Below, in pieces: positions 12,401 to 22,740 of a stretch of DNA of 64,000 bases (its first letter is position 1; each line of letters starts with the position of its first letter). Source of the DNA: Antedon mediterranea. Its lineage: Eukaryota > Animalia > Echinodermata. The notes beneath the pieces were generated by a model. That model worked only from the letters and a program-made list of their open reading frames with translations, was not told the origin of the DNA and ran no database searches. The stretch covers positions 4,774,001 through 4,838,000 of the forward strand of contig NC_092671.1 in the NCBI RefSeq assembly GCF_964355755.1. The letters are read 5' to 3'. Position numbers and translations under genes: made by a program.

Positions 12401-15400
12401 TATCCTATTCTTTATCACTGTGCTCAAGTATACCAAAATGACTATAGTCGAGAACAGTGTTAAACGGGATCGTACATTAATGCTATTTGTTGTATATTAT
12501 TAAGTTTATCCTATTCTTTATCACTGTGCTCAAGTATACCAAAATGACTATAGTCGAGAACAGTGTTAAACGGGATCGTACATTAATGCTATTTGTTGTA
12601 TATTATTAAGTTTATCCTATTATTTATCACTGTGCTCAAGTATACCAAAATGACTATAGTTGAGAACAGTGTTAAACTGGATCGTACATTAATGTTTTTT
12701 GTTGTATATTGTTAAGTTTATCCTATTCTTTATCACTGTACTTAAGTATACCAAAATGACTATAGTTGAGAACAGTGTTAAACTGGATCGTACATTAATG
12801 TTATTTGTTGTATATTATTAAGTTTATCCTATTCTTTATCACTGTGCTCAAGTAGGCCTATACCAAAATGACTATAGTTGAGAACAGTGTTAAACTGGAT
12901 CGTACATTAATGCTATTTGTTGTATATTATTAAGTTTATCCTATTCTTTATCACTGTGCTCAAGTATACCAAAATGACTATAGTTGAGAACAGTGTTAAA
13001 CGGGATCGTACATTAATGTTATATGTTGTATATTGTTAAGTTTATCCTATTCTTTATCACTGTGCTCAAGTATACCAATGACTATAGTTGAGAACAGTGT
13101 TAAACTACATCGTACATTAATGTTATTTGTTGTATATTGTTAAGTTTATCCTATTCTTTATCACTGTGCTCAAGTATACCGAAATGACTATAGTTGAGAA
13201 CAGTGTTAAACGGGATCATACATTAATGTTATTTGTTGTATAATGTTAAGTTTATCCTATTCTTTATCACTGTTCTCAAGTATCCAAAATGACTATAGGC
13301 TAGTTGAACAGTGTTAAACTGGATCGTACATTAATGCTATTTGTTGTATATTGTTAAGTTTATCCTATTCTTTATCACTGTGCTCAAGTATACCAAAATG
13401 ACTATAGTCGAGAACAGTGGTAAACTGGATCGTACATTAATTTTATCCTTTGCTTTACTGTGCTTTGATTTGATAAGCAAGTTTGGTTGCCCCGCCCCCA
13501 TATGCTGCCTACTAAATTAGGATTCCCTAGCTTTTCTATAAAAATTGAAGTACCCACAATGCACGTTATACGGAAGTCATAGTCTTGTAAAATACAGACA
13601 CAATAGTTTTTATCGTATTGTTTTCATTTAAATATCACTAAGATTGTCTTAAACTACAAACAACTAAAATTAGTGAAGGTATGCAAGTGTTTCTAAATAT
13701 TTATTACTGGTAGTATTAATACAATTTGGATTATATCATTTTCCAGAAAGGTAGAAAAAAACATAAAATAGTTGAGAATTCTCAACTAGCCAGGATGGTA
13801 TAGGAAATATAGCTCCTTGATTATAATATTGTAATGACATGACCTTTGACACGGAACTGAATAAACGACCTCTTTGGTCACGAACCTGAACGAGCGTGTA
13901 TGACTATGAATTATATGATATTCTAAAGTCCCAAAACATGTCAATGGCGACGAGGATTGGTATACAAAGTATATAGGCGTATTACGTGAGTTATATACAA
14001 GTTACTGAGAATGATTAGGCTAGACACATTGGACAATATTCCACCATTTGAGGTAGGAAACGATCCAACTAATTTAGCGGCAAGATGGCGGCAGTGGAAA
14101 AAGGCCGTGCATATTCTCATCACAGCGAAAGGCGTGACAGACGCGACACAGAGAGAGGCAATTTTATTGCATGCGGGAGGCATACGCCTGCAAGAAATTT
14201 ATTTTACATTGCCCGAAATAGTTGTTTGAAGACGGAGAGGCGAGACCTTCTGCTTATGAAATCGCCATAAAGAAGCTTGATGCTTATTTTGAACCTCAAG
14301 TGAACTCACCATTTGAGAGACATAAATTTAGGAAATTAAGCCAATTTGAAGCAGAATCGGTAACAAATTTTATATTTAGACTAAGAAAACAGGCTGACTT
14401 GTGTGATTTTGGCACAGAAATAGATAACAACATCAGAGATCAACTGATTGATGGATGTACGTCAGAAAAGTTAAAGAAAGTGTTGTTACAAAAAGGTAAC
14501 GATTTGACTCTACCAAAAGCAGTCAACATAGCAAACTCATTTGAGCTAGTACAGAAGCAGTCGGAGACTATGGCAACGGGCAGTACTAGTAGAACAAGTA
14601 ATGTAAATGCAGTTCATCATCGTACAAATCATAGAGGTGCATCGAATGACAGAAGTAGTGGTAGTGGCAAGTATTATAAACATAAACAAACACATCAGCA
14701 GCAACAGAATCCATGTTATAGGTGTGGAAGAGGCAGACACAAGCCGGAAGATTGTTGGTTTAAAGAGAAAGACTGTAACAATTGCAAGAAAAAGGGACAC
14801 ATTGCATCACAATGCAGAACAAGAAAGAATACGAGTACCAGTAAGCGACAACAACAACAAAATCAAGTACAAGCTGAAGAAAGCACTAGTGAAGAAAGTG
14901 ATGACAGTGTAATGATGGCTTCAATGATCAGCGAGTCTAATGCTTCTAACCCAATAAAAGTTGATCTTGAACTAAATGGACAGAAATTTGACTTTGAGAT
15001 TGATACAGGTGCTACATTCACTGTTGTACCTGAATGCGTATACACAAAATTATCAAATGTTTCTCTTTCAGAGACCAATATCCTTTTTAAAAGTTTTACA
15101 GGTGAACGGGTTAAACCCTTAGGTACATGTACTGTAAATGTGCAGTATAAAAACCAATGTAAGAAACTAGATATGTATGTTGTAAAAGAAACCAATCAAT
15201 TGTTATTTGGCAGAGATTGGCTGCAACACATTCAACTAAATTGGTCGGAACTAATACATAGCCCACACTATGTTAACATTGTAAATGTCGATGCTCAGAT
15301 AAACAAAATACTAAATGAACACAAAAGTTTGTTTAATGGCAAATTAGGTCAACTTAAGCATACTAAAGCCCATATTGAAATGAGAGAGGGGGCTACACCT

Positions 15401-18400
15401 ATTATCAGTAAATGTCATCGTGTACCCTATGCTTTAAAAGAACCAGTTAACAACGAAATTGACCGATTAGTCGAACAGGGAATATTAACACCTGTTAAGC
15501 ATACAGAATGGGCTAGTTCAATAGTGACCATAAAGAAAGGAGAGGGTATCCGAATTTGTGGTAATTATAAAACGACTATTAATCAAAATTTGAAACCAGT
15601 GGCCCCGCCCAATATTAATGTAGACGATATCTTATCAAAACTGGCAGGGGGACAGAAATATTCAACGTTAGATTTAACACAGGCATATAATCAGATGGAG
15701 CTTACTGAACCATCAAAGGGTCTGTTAACGTTAATAACTGAGAAAGGTTTCTACCAAGTAAATCGACTTGTTTACGGTGTGGCTTCTGCCCCATCTATTT
15801 GGCAAAATGCGATGCTTAAAATTATTATTGGCCTAGAACAAGTCATGGTTTATTTGGATGATATAATAATAACAGGAAAAGATGATGCTGAACATCTTAA
15901 GAATTTGGAAAAAGTTTTGATTCGATTGGAAGAGGAAGGTGTAAAACTAAAACGTGATAAATGTCATTTCATGAAAGAATCTGTTACATATTTGGGTCAT
16001 GTAATTGATAAAGATGGGGTGCATAAAAGTCCCATTAAAGTTGATCAAATTATGCAAATTCCACTTCCACAAGATGTTGGACAAATGAGATCATATTTGG
16101 GCATGATAAATTATTATCAATCATTCATTCCAAATTTAGCTACCTTATTGAGACCATTATATGCAATGATATGTAAAGGTAAATCATTTGTGTGGACTGA
16201 AGAAGCGCGAACAGCTTTTGATAATTCAAAGCAAGCACTGGCTAACTCAGGTTTTTTGGTACATTTTGACTCAAGTTTACCAGTCAAAATTGCGACGGAT
16301 GCTTCACCGTATGGGGTGAGTGCTATACTTAGCCATATGATCGATGGGCAAGAGCGTCCAGTCAAAATTGCTTCACGCGCATTAACTAAAGCGGAACAAA
16401 ATTATCCTCAGATAGAACGAGAAGCGTTGGGAATTATTTTTGCGCTAAAGAAGTATTATCCATATATTTATGGAAGAAAATTTACACTGATAACGGATAA
16501 TAAACCTTTGGTTACCATATTTGGGCCTAAAAAGGGTCTACCAGTGTTAGCTGCGGAGAGAATGCAACGTTGGGCATTATTTGTAGCCGGGTTCAACTAT
16601 GATATTGAATTCAGATGTAGTAAGGCAAATGCTAACGTAGATTGTTTCTCCAGGTTACCAATTGATAAAGCGGAAAACATAAACATAGATGTAAATGTTA
16701 ATTTTATGGACATGATAAATGCATTGCCTATAACAGCTGACGAAATTAGTAAAATGACTAGTAGAGATAAACATCTAAGTAAAGTGAAACGCTTAATAAT
16801 GAATGGTTGGGTGTCAAATGATGATAAAACCATAGAACCATATTATTTAAGACGTAATGAATTATCGATAGAAAAAGGTTGTATTTTGTGGGGAGAGAGA
16901 GTAGTACTCCCTCCAAGGCTCCGTAGCAGGGTCATGGATGATCTACATTGTGGTCACCTGGGAGTTGTTAAAATGAAGAGCATTGCTCGCTCTTATATTT
17001 GGTTTCCGAATATTGATTCTGAAATTGAACAGTTGGCTAAGGCATGCGATCCTTGCCAACGTATTCAAAATAGACCAGCCACAGTGCCGATGCATCCCTG
17101 GGTACCTGCTAGGGAACGTTGGGAAAGAATTCATATTGATTTCGCCGGTCCATTTCAAGGAAAAATGTTCCTTATTGTAGTTGATGCATTTAGTAAATGG
17201 CCAGAAGTAAAAATAATGAATTCGACCACATCCACGAACACAATTGAAGCACTTCGACAAATGTTTAGTCAATGGGGTCTTCCACAAATAGTAGTTTCGG
17301 ATAATGGAAGTCAGTTTACGGCTTCAGAATTTAAGGATTTTATGAGAGCAAATGGCATAATTCATAAGTATTCATGTCCAGGTCATCCGGCTACTAATGG
17401 TCAGGCCGAGAGATTTGTTCAAACAATGAAACAAGGTTTGAAAGCCGCAATTGATGATAAATGTTCAATTCAAACAAGGTTAAGTAAATTTCTGTTAGCG
17501 TACAGAAACGCTGAACACAGTGTAACTAAACAATCACCTGCTCAATTGTTTGTAAAGAGACAGCTGAGAACAAGATTAGATTTACTTAGACCTAATGTTA
17601 ATATAACAGTTAGAGATCACTTACATAAAGAGATGGAAAAATCTAATAAGAAAATGAGAAGTTTTGTTGTGAATGATCAAGTATATGTAAGAGATTTTAG
17701 GAAGGAAGGGAGTCACAAAATTAAATGGGCTCCAGGAACCATAGTTGAAAAAAAAGGTCCATTAAAATATATTGTTAAAGTGGGATCATACACATGGAAA
17801 AGGCATACAAATCAAATCAGATCTAGAATGGCTGATGTTTCAGAAACCGAGACCGGTAATCTGGAGGATTTGTTAGACCAATTGCTTGATAATGATAATT
17901 TAGAAAGTAATGTAATAAATGACAAAGTTACGGTAGTACCGGAAACACCCACTAGGACCCCAGCTCCAGTGCGAAGGTCAATTAGAGTTAGAAAAGAAAG
18001 AATGAGATTAATTGAAGAATGTTATCTAGGAAACGGGTAGAAGAAGTAATTAAGAAAGAAACAGTCAAAGTATAAGATAGGAGAATTAACAGAATGATGT
18101 TTTATGGAATGATGAAAAGATTGTTTAAAACATTCTGGAAATGTTTTTGTTAAAATGTTTTTGTTGAAATAGTTGATTTACTTAAAACATAACTTGTGCA
18201 AATTTATTCAGAAGATAACTTTTAATTAACAAGGGAGAATGACAAGTATTTACACTTGATTATAATATTGTAATGACATGACCTTTGACACGGAACTGAA
18301 TAAACGACCTCTTTGGTCACGAACCTGAACGAGCGTGTATGACTATGAATTATATGATATTCTAAAGTCCCAAAACATGTCAGTCCTACTGTAAATTCCG

Positions 18401-21400
18401 TAAAACCTTGAAACTTCATGGTATGTCTACAGAAAAAATTAAATTCTACTTACCAAGTGGCGGACCATGGGTCATCAGAATGTCAATTCCTTCAGGAATT
18501 TTTTCCCACTTATCTAGACAAGCCTGCCCTCTTGGTAAATTAAATCCCCAATCATAGAATTCTGGTTGCCTAAAATAAAGAAAAGACAAATAAGTTATAA
18601 TAAAAGGCTTAAACCAAAACTACTCTCAAAGACTTTGTTTAATTATGCATCATGTGAATAGGTAGGACCTCCTGTATGAACAGTGATGCAATTTCAAATA
18701 AACAATAAAAATGGTATGATAATTAATTAACACACTGTAACAATATTTTTAGGCCTAATGATACCATATAGCACTATACAAGAATGACATGACACGAGTC
18801 GCGTGTGGCCGAGTTGTTAAGGAAAGATGAATAAATGCCATTTCGTGGCAGCAATCGACCATAGTCTTAAGAGTAAAGAAAGTTCTTGCGTGTGAGTGTC
18901 ATCCACACATGTGCGCAACTCAGTTAGGCTGCAAGATACAGGTTATTCCCCCCACATTCATATTTACAACTAAACATATGGTATGGTAGATACAGTACTT
19001 AATTTCATAATTATTATATATATATCTTCAGACTGAATCTTCAGAAATGACCTATTCAAATTCTACTTAACCATTTATTATTTAATATCTTTAGTCTGAC
19101 AAATAAATTATTACCTTGTACTTTTGACCAGGTCATCATCAAATAATAAACTAAATAGCCTATTAGAAATGATTTACTTATTTTTGGCCTAGCTTTCATA
19201 TACCGTATGTTTATTTGCAAATTTGATATTCCACATTAGATATTCGCCAATGTATCCAATAAAATTTCTACACAACAGAAATTCATTATCATAAACTCAG
19301 AATTACAACACAGATTTTGCAATCAGAGCTGCTTTTATTTATCAATATTGTACTACATAAACCTCGATTTTTGTTTAGTTATATTATAAAAATTGGATTA
19401 TTACTGAAAGTATGAAATATTATTATAATATTTAAGTATTTAATGTAAATATATTACTGTATATAATATTGTAAATACTGTATTTGATTATACTGCCAAA
19501 AATTAAAATCATACCATAAAATTCAGTTATAAGTTGACAATTTCCAGTGAAATTAATGAACCTGGGCAATACTGTATATGGTGTCCTCTATTTAGGGGAA
19601 AACACCTATTAAGGGGACAATTTGTCCCAAAGGCGCACAATACGGTACCTTTTAAAATGGGTTCAACTGTATTGTCATCTTCAAATATAAATCATTATAT
19701 TAAATCGGCCACATCAGTAAATAATAAAAATATTAGTTTTGTATATTTACAAGTTAGAAAGGAAGACAAAATAGTGATATAATATTGTACATGATATATA
19801 CATGATAGCTATTGTATATGATTCAACAGTAGATGATGTTATTGTAAAATGAATTTTATCAATACTGTACACTCTAAAAATAAAATGGATTCTCTTACAA
19901 TACCACGTCAGAATAGGAGATTAATTGAGCAGTGGAACTAAAATCTCTTACTAAATGGCTAAACAATGCTGTTGATAAATCCGCTGCTATTAAGCAAGAA
20001 ATAATTATACTTATAGTCTATAGATCTGAACAGAACAATCATATACTGCAAAACAACTGAGAGTTCATGTTGCATAGCTTCACTCGAAAATATGTTTACA
20101 ATTATGTCAGAGGAAGAGCAAACCCCCATGATTACTCTCCTTGAGGCAAAGCTAATTTACAGTACTTCCTACTGTATGTAACAGTTATCACCATTTTAGA
20201 TTTCTTTCATACAACACCATAACTAAAGCAATTTTTATTTGATCTAAAAACAATTGGCAAAATTTGTTTAATCTGTTATTATTTATAGAAAAAAAGGAAA
20301 TTTTACACTAGCATTCAATACAATCCTTCCAATGTGAGTGACTGAGCGGTTAAGACAGTAGAACCGTAATACTCATCAATTGTTTACGCTCAAAAAAATC
20401 CCCAGAAAATTTGCGAAAGCCATTTTATTTTGAGAACCAAGGAAAATACGTACCATGGCGATCCGTAAATGCGAAATCCGCAAACGGTTGTTTCTGTATC
20501 CTGAAGATATGTGCAATTAGTAAGAAGTGATGAAATGTCTTCGTAATCGTCTTTCTTTAGTTGTTGTAAGGCAGTGGAGAATCCCATAAAAACCTGACTA
20601 GTCCCTTCATCCATCATCTTTTTATCAAAAGTTACCTCATGGTTGCCAGCTATCACTATTTTGTGCTTGTGCGGTAACGAACCTGAAAATAATTGATACA
20701 AAAATAGAATTTGTTTACTTATCTGTCTATCAAGTAAACACATCCAAAATGATCTTATCTTGTCAATGTACTATCATTGCCATTAATAATAGTTTTAAAA
20801 AATTATTTCATTTTATTTAAATGCCACTGAATATTTTCACATCACCACATATTCAACATACAATATGCATAATTATTCTTTTATACATCAATTTCTTTAA
20901 TGACCTCTCACTACTGTATGCGAGACCATGATGGATATAATTTGACCCTTTTATCCTTGAAAATTAAATTCCCAAATAAAAAGTAAAATTTCAGTGAACT
21001 GTTATACAATTATGATTTTTTTTTGTTTTTGTAAAACGTTAATAAAATACTACATGCGGTCACAAATGTTATTGGTAAATCATTTTATTCTAGACACCAG
21101 CATTTTCTTTTTAAAATGTGATGTTTCAATGCTGCATACAAAATTGATGTGTACTACTGTACTACTAGTGATACTAGAATGTACAATATACATAATGCTA
21201 ATTTACTATTAAGCTTGCCATAGTCACCATATGAGGCCGCAGTGAGCAATACTCCAGCATAGCTGTTGATATCCAATGATTGAGATAATGGTATAATGGC
21301 ACAGTGAAGGATTAATGAATATTCATCATACAAAATTATAATATTATAATTGTTTTAACTCAAGGCAATATTGTTAATGTTTAAATGGAAAATAGTGTTT

Positions 21401-22740
21401 GATGAAATCATGAAGAGGATGATGATGTGATGTTGAATTGTAAAATAACAGTAAAAATTCTGGTAACAATCAAGGATAGGCATTAATAATTACCATGGCG
21501 ACAGATGGTAATCATAACAACTAAAACAGATTTAATGATAAAATGATAATTAGCCATAATAATGATGTTGATGCAACAAAAATGTCCCATTAATGGGAAT
21601 GCCATCTGAGAATATTAAGCTCTGTCTAAAATATCAAATTTTATGTGACAACAAAATATGATGTGTTCATATATGGACGGGATGATGTCACAAATATCAC
21701 TAGTACCATATTTGAACATATTGTACTACTACCATATTTGGACAATTTTGTTGTCAAACTAGTTTGATTGTGTAGACAGAGCTTTAGAGATTGACTATAT
21801 GTAAAAACATATGTTGCATTTCATTTGGGTCATGGAAAAGTACCCCCTTAGTAGGGGTATCACCTCAATTAAAGGTGGAAAAAAATATTTTCTGTAATCA
21901 TCACTAAACAAAATTAATAATTATTAATTACTATTTAGATAAATCATTAAAGAAATCCTTACCTAAAAAATCATTAAAAGCTACAACTTCCTTAGGCATT
22001 CCAATATTTGTGAAGTCTCCCGCATGAAGCAGAACATCTCCTTGCGGAATAGGTGGCATGTGACTCTGGCGCGAGTGTGTGTCAGAGATGCACACAAAGC
22101 GTGTATATCCTAAATAACATCGATGTATAGTTTTAAAAAAACAGCAATGAATTACCAGTACTTATCTTAATATATTCTCTAAATAGGACGATTGAATTTG
22201 ATTACATTTAGTTAAATGTAGGAGCAGCGTCTCTAAACTCTGTTACTATTTATAATAATTTAATAGACTGCAAAAAAAACGGTCAATGAAGGCCTTAAAA
22301 AGTATTTGCCAGCAATATGGGGCTTGCAATGTTAATAAAGGAGAGAAATTGGCCTTAGAAAATAAGAAAAGCATGGTAATGCTCTAGTATCATAACAAAA
22401 AAAAAGAAACAAATTACGATGATAAAGATAAGGGATTTTTTAGAAAATATACACTTCTTAAAAAAATTTTTTCAAGATGAATAAAAAAGTGAACGTTCAT
22501 AAATATTTTAGCCCTACCTTCAGGTTTTGGTGTTGATGGATCCATTGGAGTAACTGTCTTAAAAGTTTGCTTGACTTTTAATCGATCCCATACCTTATCT
22601 GGATTTGCTGTGTCTGGGTGAACCTCTATCTTTTTACTCCCTCCTTCATTTTCATTATCACTATCTTCACAATTCGGCACGTCTGACATTCTGCGGCCGC
22701 TTCCAAATCCACCTTTCAAAAATTTCCTAAACCAGGGCAT
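3494..22740 (-). CDS. MPPED2: Metallophosphoesterase domain-containing protein (MPPED1/MPPED2-like), 5 coding exons
   Basis: Exons 22740-22518, 22109-21963, 20682-20454, 18569-18454 and 3747-3494 join in phase at GT-AG sites. Motifs RFVCISDTH, LLHAGDFT, IAGNHE, YGSPWQPEF, DILMTHGPP, GCVELLNTVQKRIKPKYHVFGHIHE. A probable 5' UTR exon ends near 25066. MPPED1 versus MPPED2 orthology is not resolved. Confidence 0.92.
4338..5463. mobile_element. Small foldback element with ~280-bp TIRs built from TCCAAAATACG subrepeats
   Basis: GGGTTGGTGAAATTCAGTCCAAAATACGCAG... is mirrored by ...CTGCGTATTTTGGACTGATGTTCACCAACCC around an AT-rich core. No TSD recognisable. Confidence 0.75.
5464..6100. repeat. Degenerate tandem repeats with a GC-rich hairpin inside the hAT element
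   Basis: Repeated CCAGGACCTCA.CCCCACCATGG and AGAGCTGCT...ATGGCCGGA blocks; 12-bp stem ACCTCAGCCCCA / TGGGGCTGAGGT at 5812-5842. Confidence 0.6.
6845..9765 (+). repeat. 106-bp satellite array, about 27 units
   Basis: Unit ACTTAACAATATACAACAAAAAACATTAATGTACGATCCAGTTTAACACTGTTCTCAACTATAGTCATTTTGGTATACTTGAGAACAGTGATAAAGAATAGGATAA; period confirmed at 8101 and 8207. Confidence 0.97.
9770..11140. repeat. ~87-bp satellite, more diverged, interrupted at ~10690-10860
   Basis: Unit TACATATGTTGATGAGTATATTGATATAAATCGACTTTTAAAAGTGAAATAACACTAATATTTGTAGATGAATATGACGTGGACACG repeated roughly 13 times. Confidence 0.9.
10705..10746 (+). ncRNA. Minimal type I hammerhead ribozyme-like motif in a probable Penelope-like element fragment (~10690-10860)
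   Basis: GCA-CTGATGA-A-GGGC(tagtgtt)GCCC-GAAA-AC-TC-TGC gives the conserved core boxes, a 4-bp stem II, a 3-bp stem I and a minimal stem III. Confidence 0.6.
11352..11468 (+). mobile_element. Short HINE/DINE-like (Helentron-associated) element
   Basis: T-run insertion site; AGTTGCGTGC...ACGCGACT subterminal inverted repeats; (GGTC)n microsatellite; 3' CACGCGACT then hairpin and TGTTT. Second copy at 44602. Confidence 0.7.
11560..13445 (-). repeat. 106-bp satellite array in inverted orientation, about 17 units
   Basis: Reverse complement of the 6845-9765 unit (TTATCCTATTCTTTATCACTGTGCTCAAGTATACCAAAATGACTATAGTTGAGAACAGTG...). Confidence 0.97.
13816..18382 (+). mobile_element. Ty3/Gypsy LTR retrotransposon, Mag-like clade
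   Basis: 3' LTR 18240-18382 (TGACA...TGTCA, 143 bp). The 5' LTR remnant 13816-13943 looks identical to it, with a detached piece at 3899-3912. PBS TGGCGACGAGGAT at 13945-13957 (tRNA-Ser-like); PPT AAGGGAGAA at 18231-18239. Confidence 0.95.
14011..18040 (+). CDS. Gag-Pol polyprotein (gag, two CCHC knuckles, PR, RT, RNase H, integrase) with one +1 frameshift near 14225
   Basis: ORF 14011-14229 continues into ORF 14222-18040. Motifs CYRCGRGRHKPEDC, CNNCKKKGHIASQC, FEIDTGA, YLDDII, TDASPYG, HIDFAGP, SDNGSQF, NGQAERFV. Confidence 0.92.
21617..21786. mobile_element. MITE family A
   Basis: TIRs AAGCTCTGTCTA...TAGACAGAGCTT and internal CTACCATATTTGG repeats. Related copies at ~26930-27055 plus 33810-33828 (split) and ~49941-50213. 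Confidence 0.65.

Larger units (their letters stand above)
3913..13815. mobile_element. 9.9-kb non-autonomous foldback-type DNA element with satellite cargo
   Basis: Imperfect 49-bp TIRs with a perfect 26-bp core (3936-3961 and 13767-13792) containing the palindrome TAGTTGAGAATTCTCAACTA. Direct repeat CTTGATT at 3906-3912 and 13816-13822. The flanks rejoin into LTR sequence ATTTACACTTGATTATAAT. No transposase ORF. Confidence 0.75.

Noticed and set aside
6845-13445. Palindromic regular repeats resembling a CRISPR array
   Set aside because: Whole units repeat with no unique spacers, there are no cas genes, and the context is a eukaryotic intron.
18800-18960. tRNA-derived SINE-like heads (also near 20335)
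   Set aside because: An A-box-like TGGCCGAG..GTTAAG is visible but the copies are too decayed to delimit or to call as tRNA.
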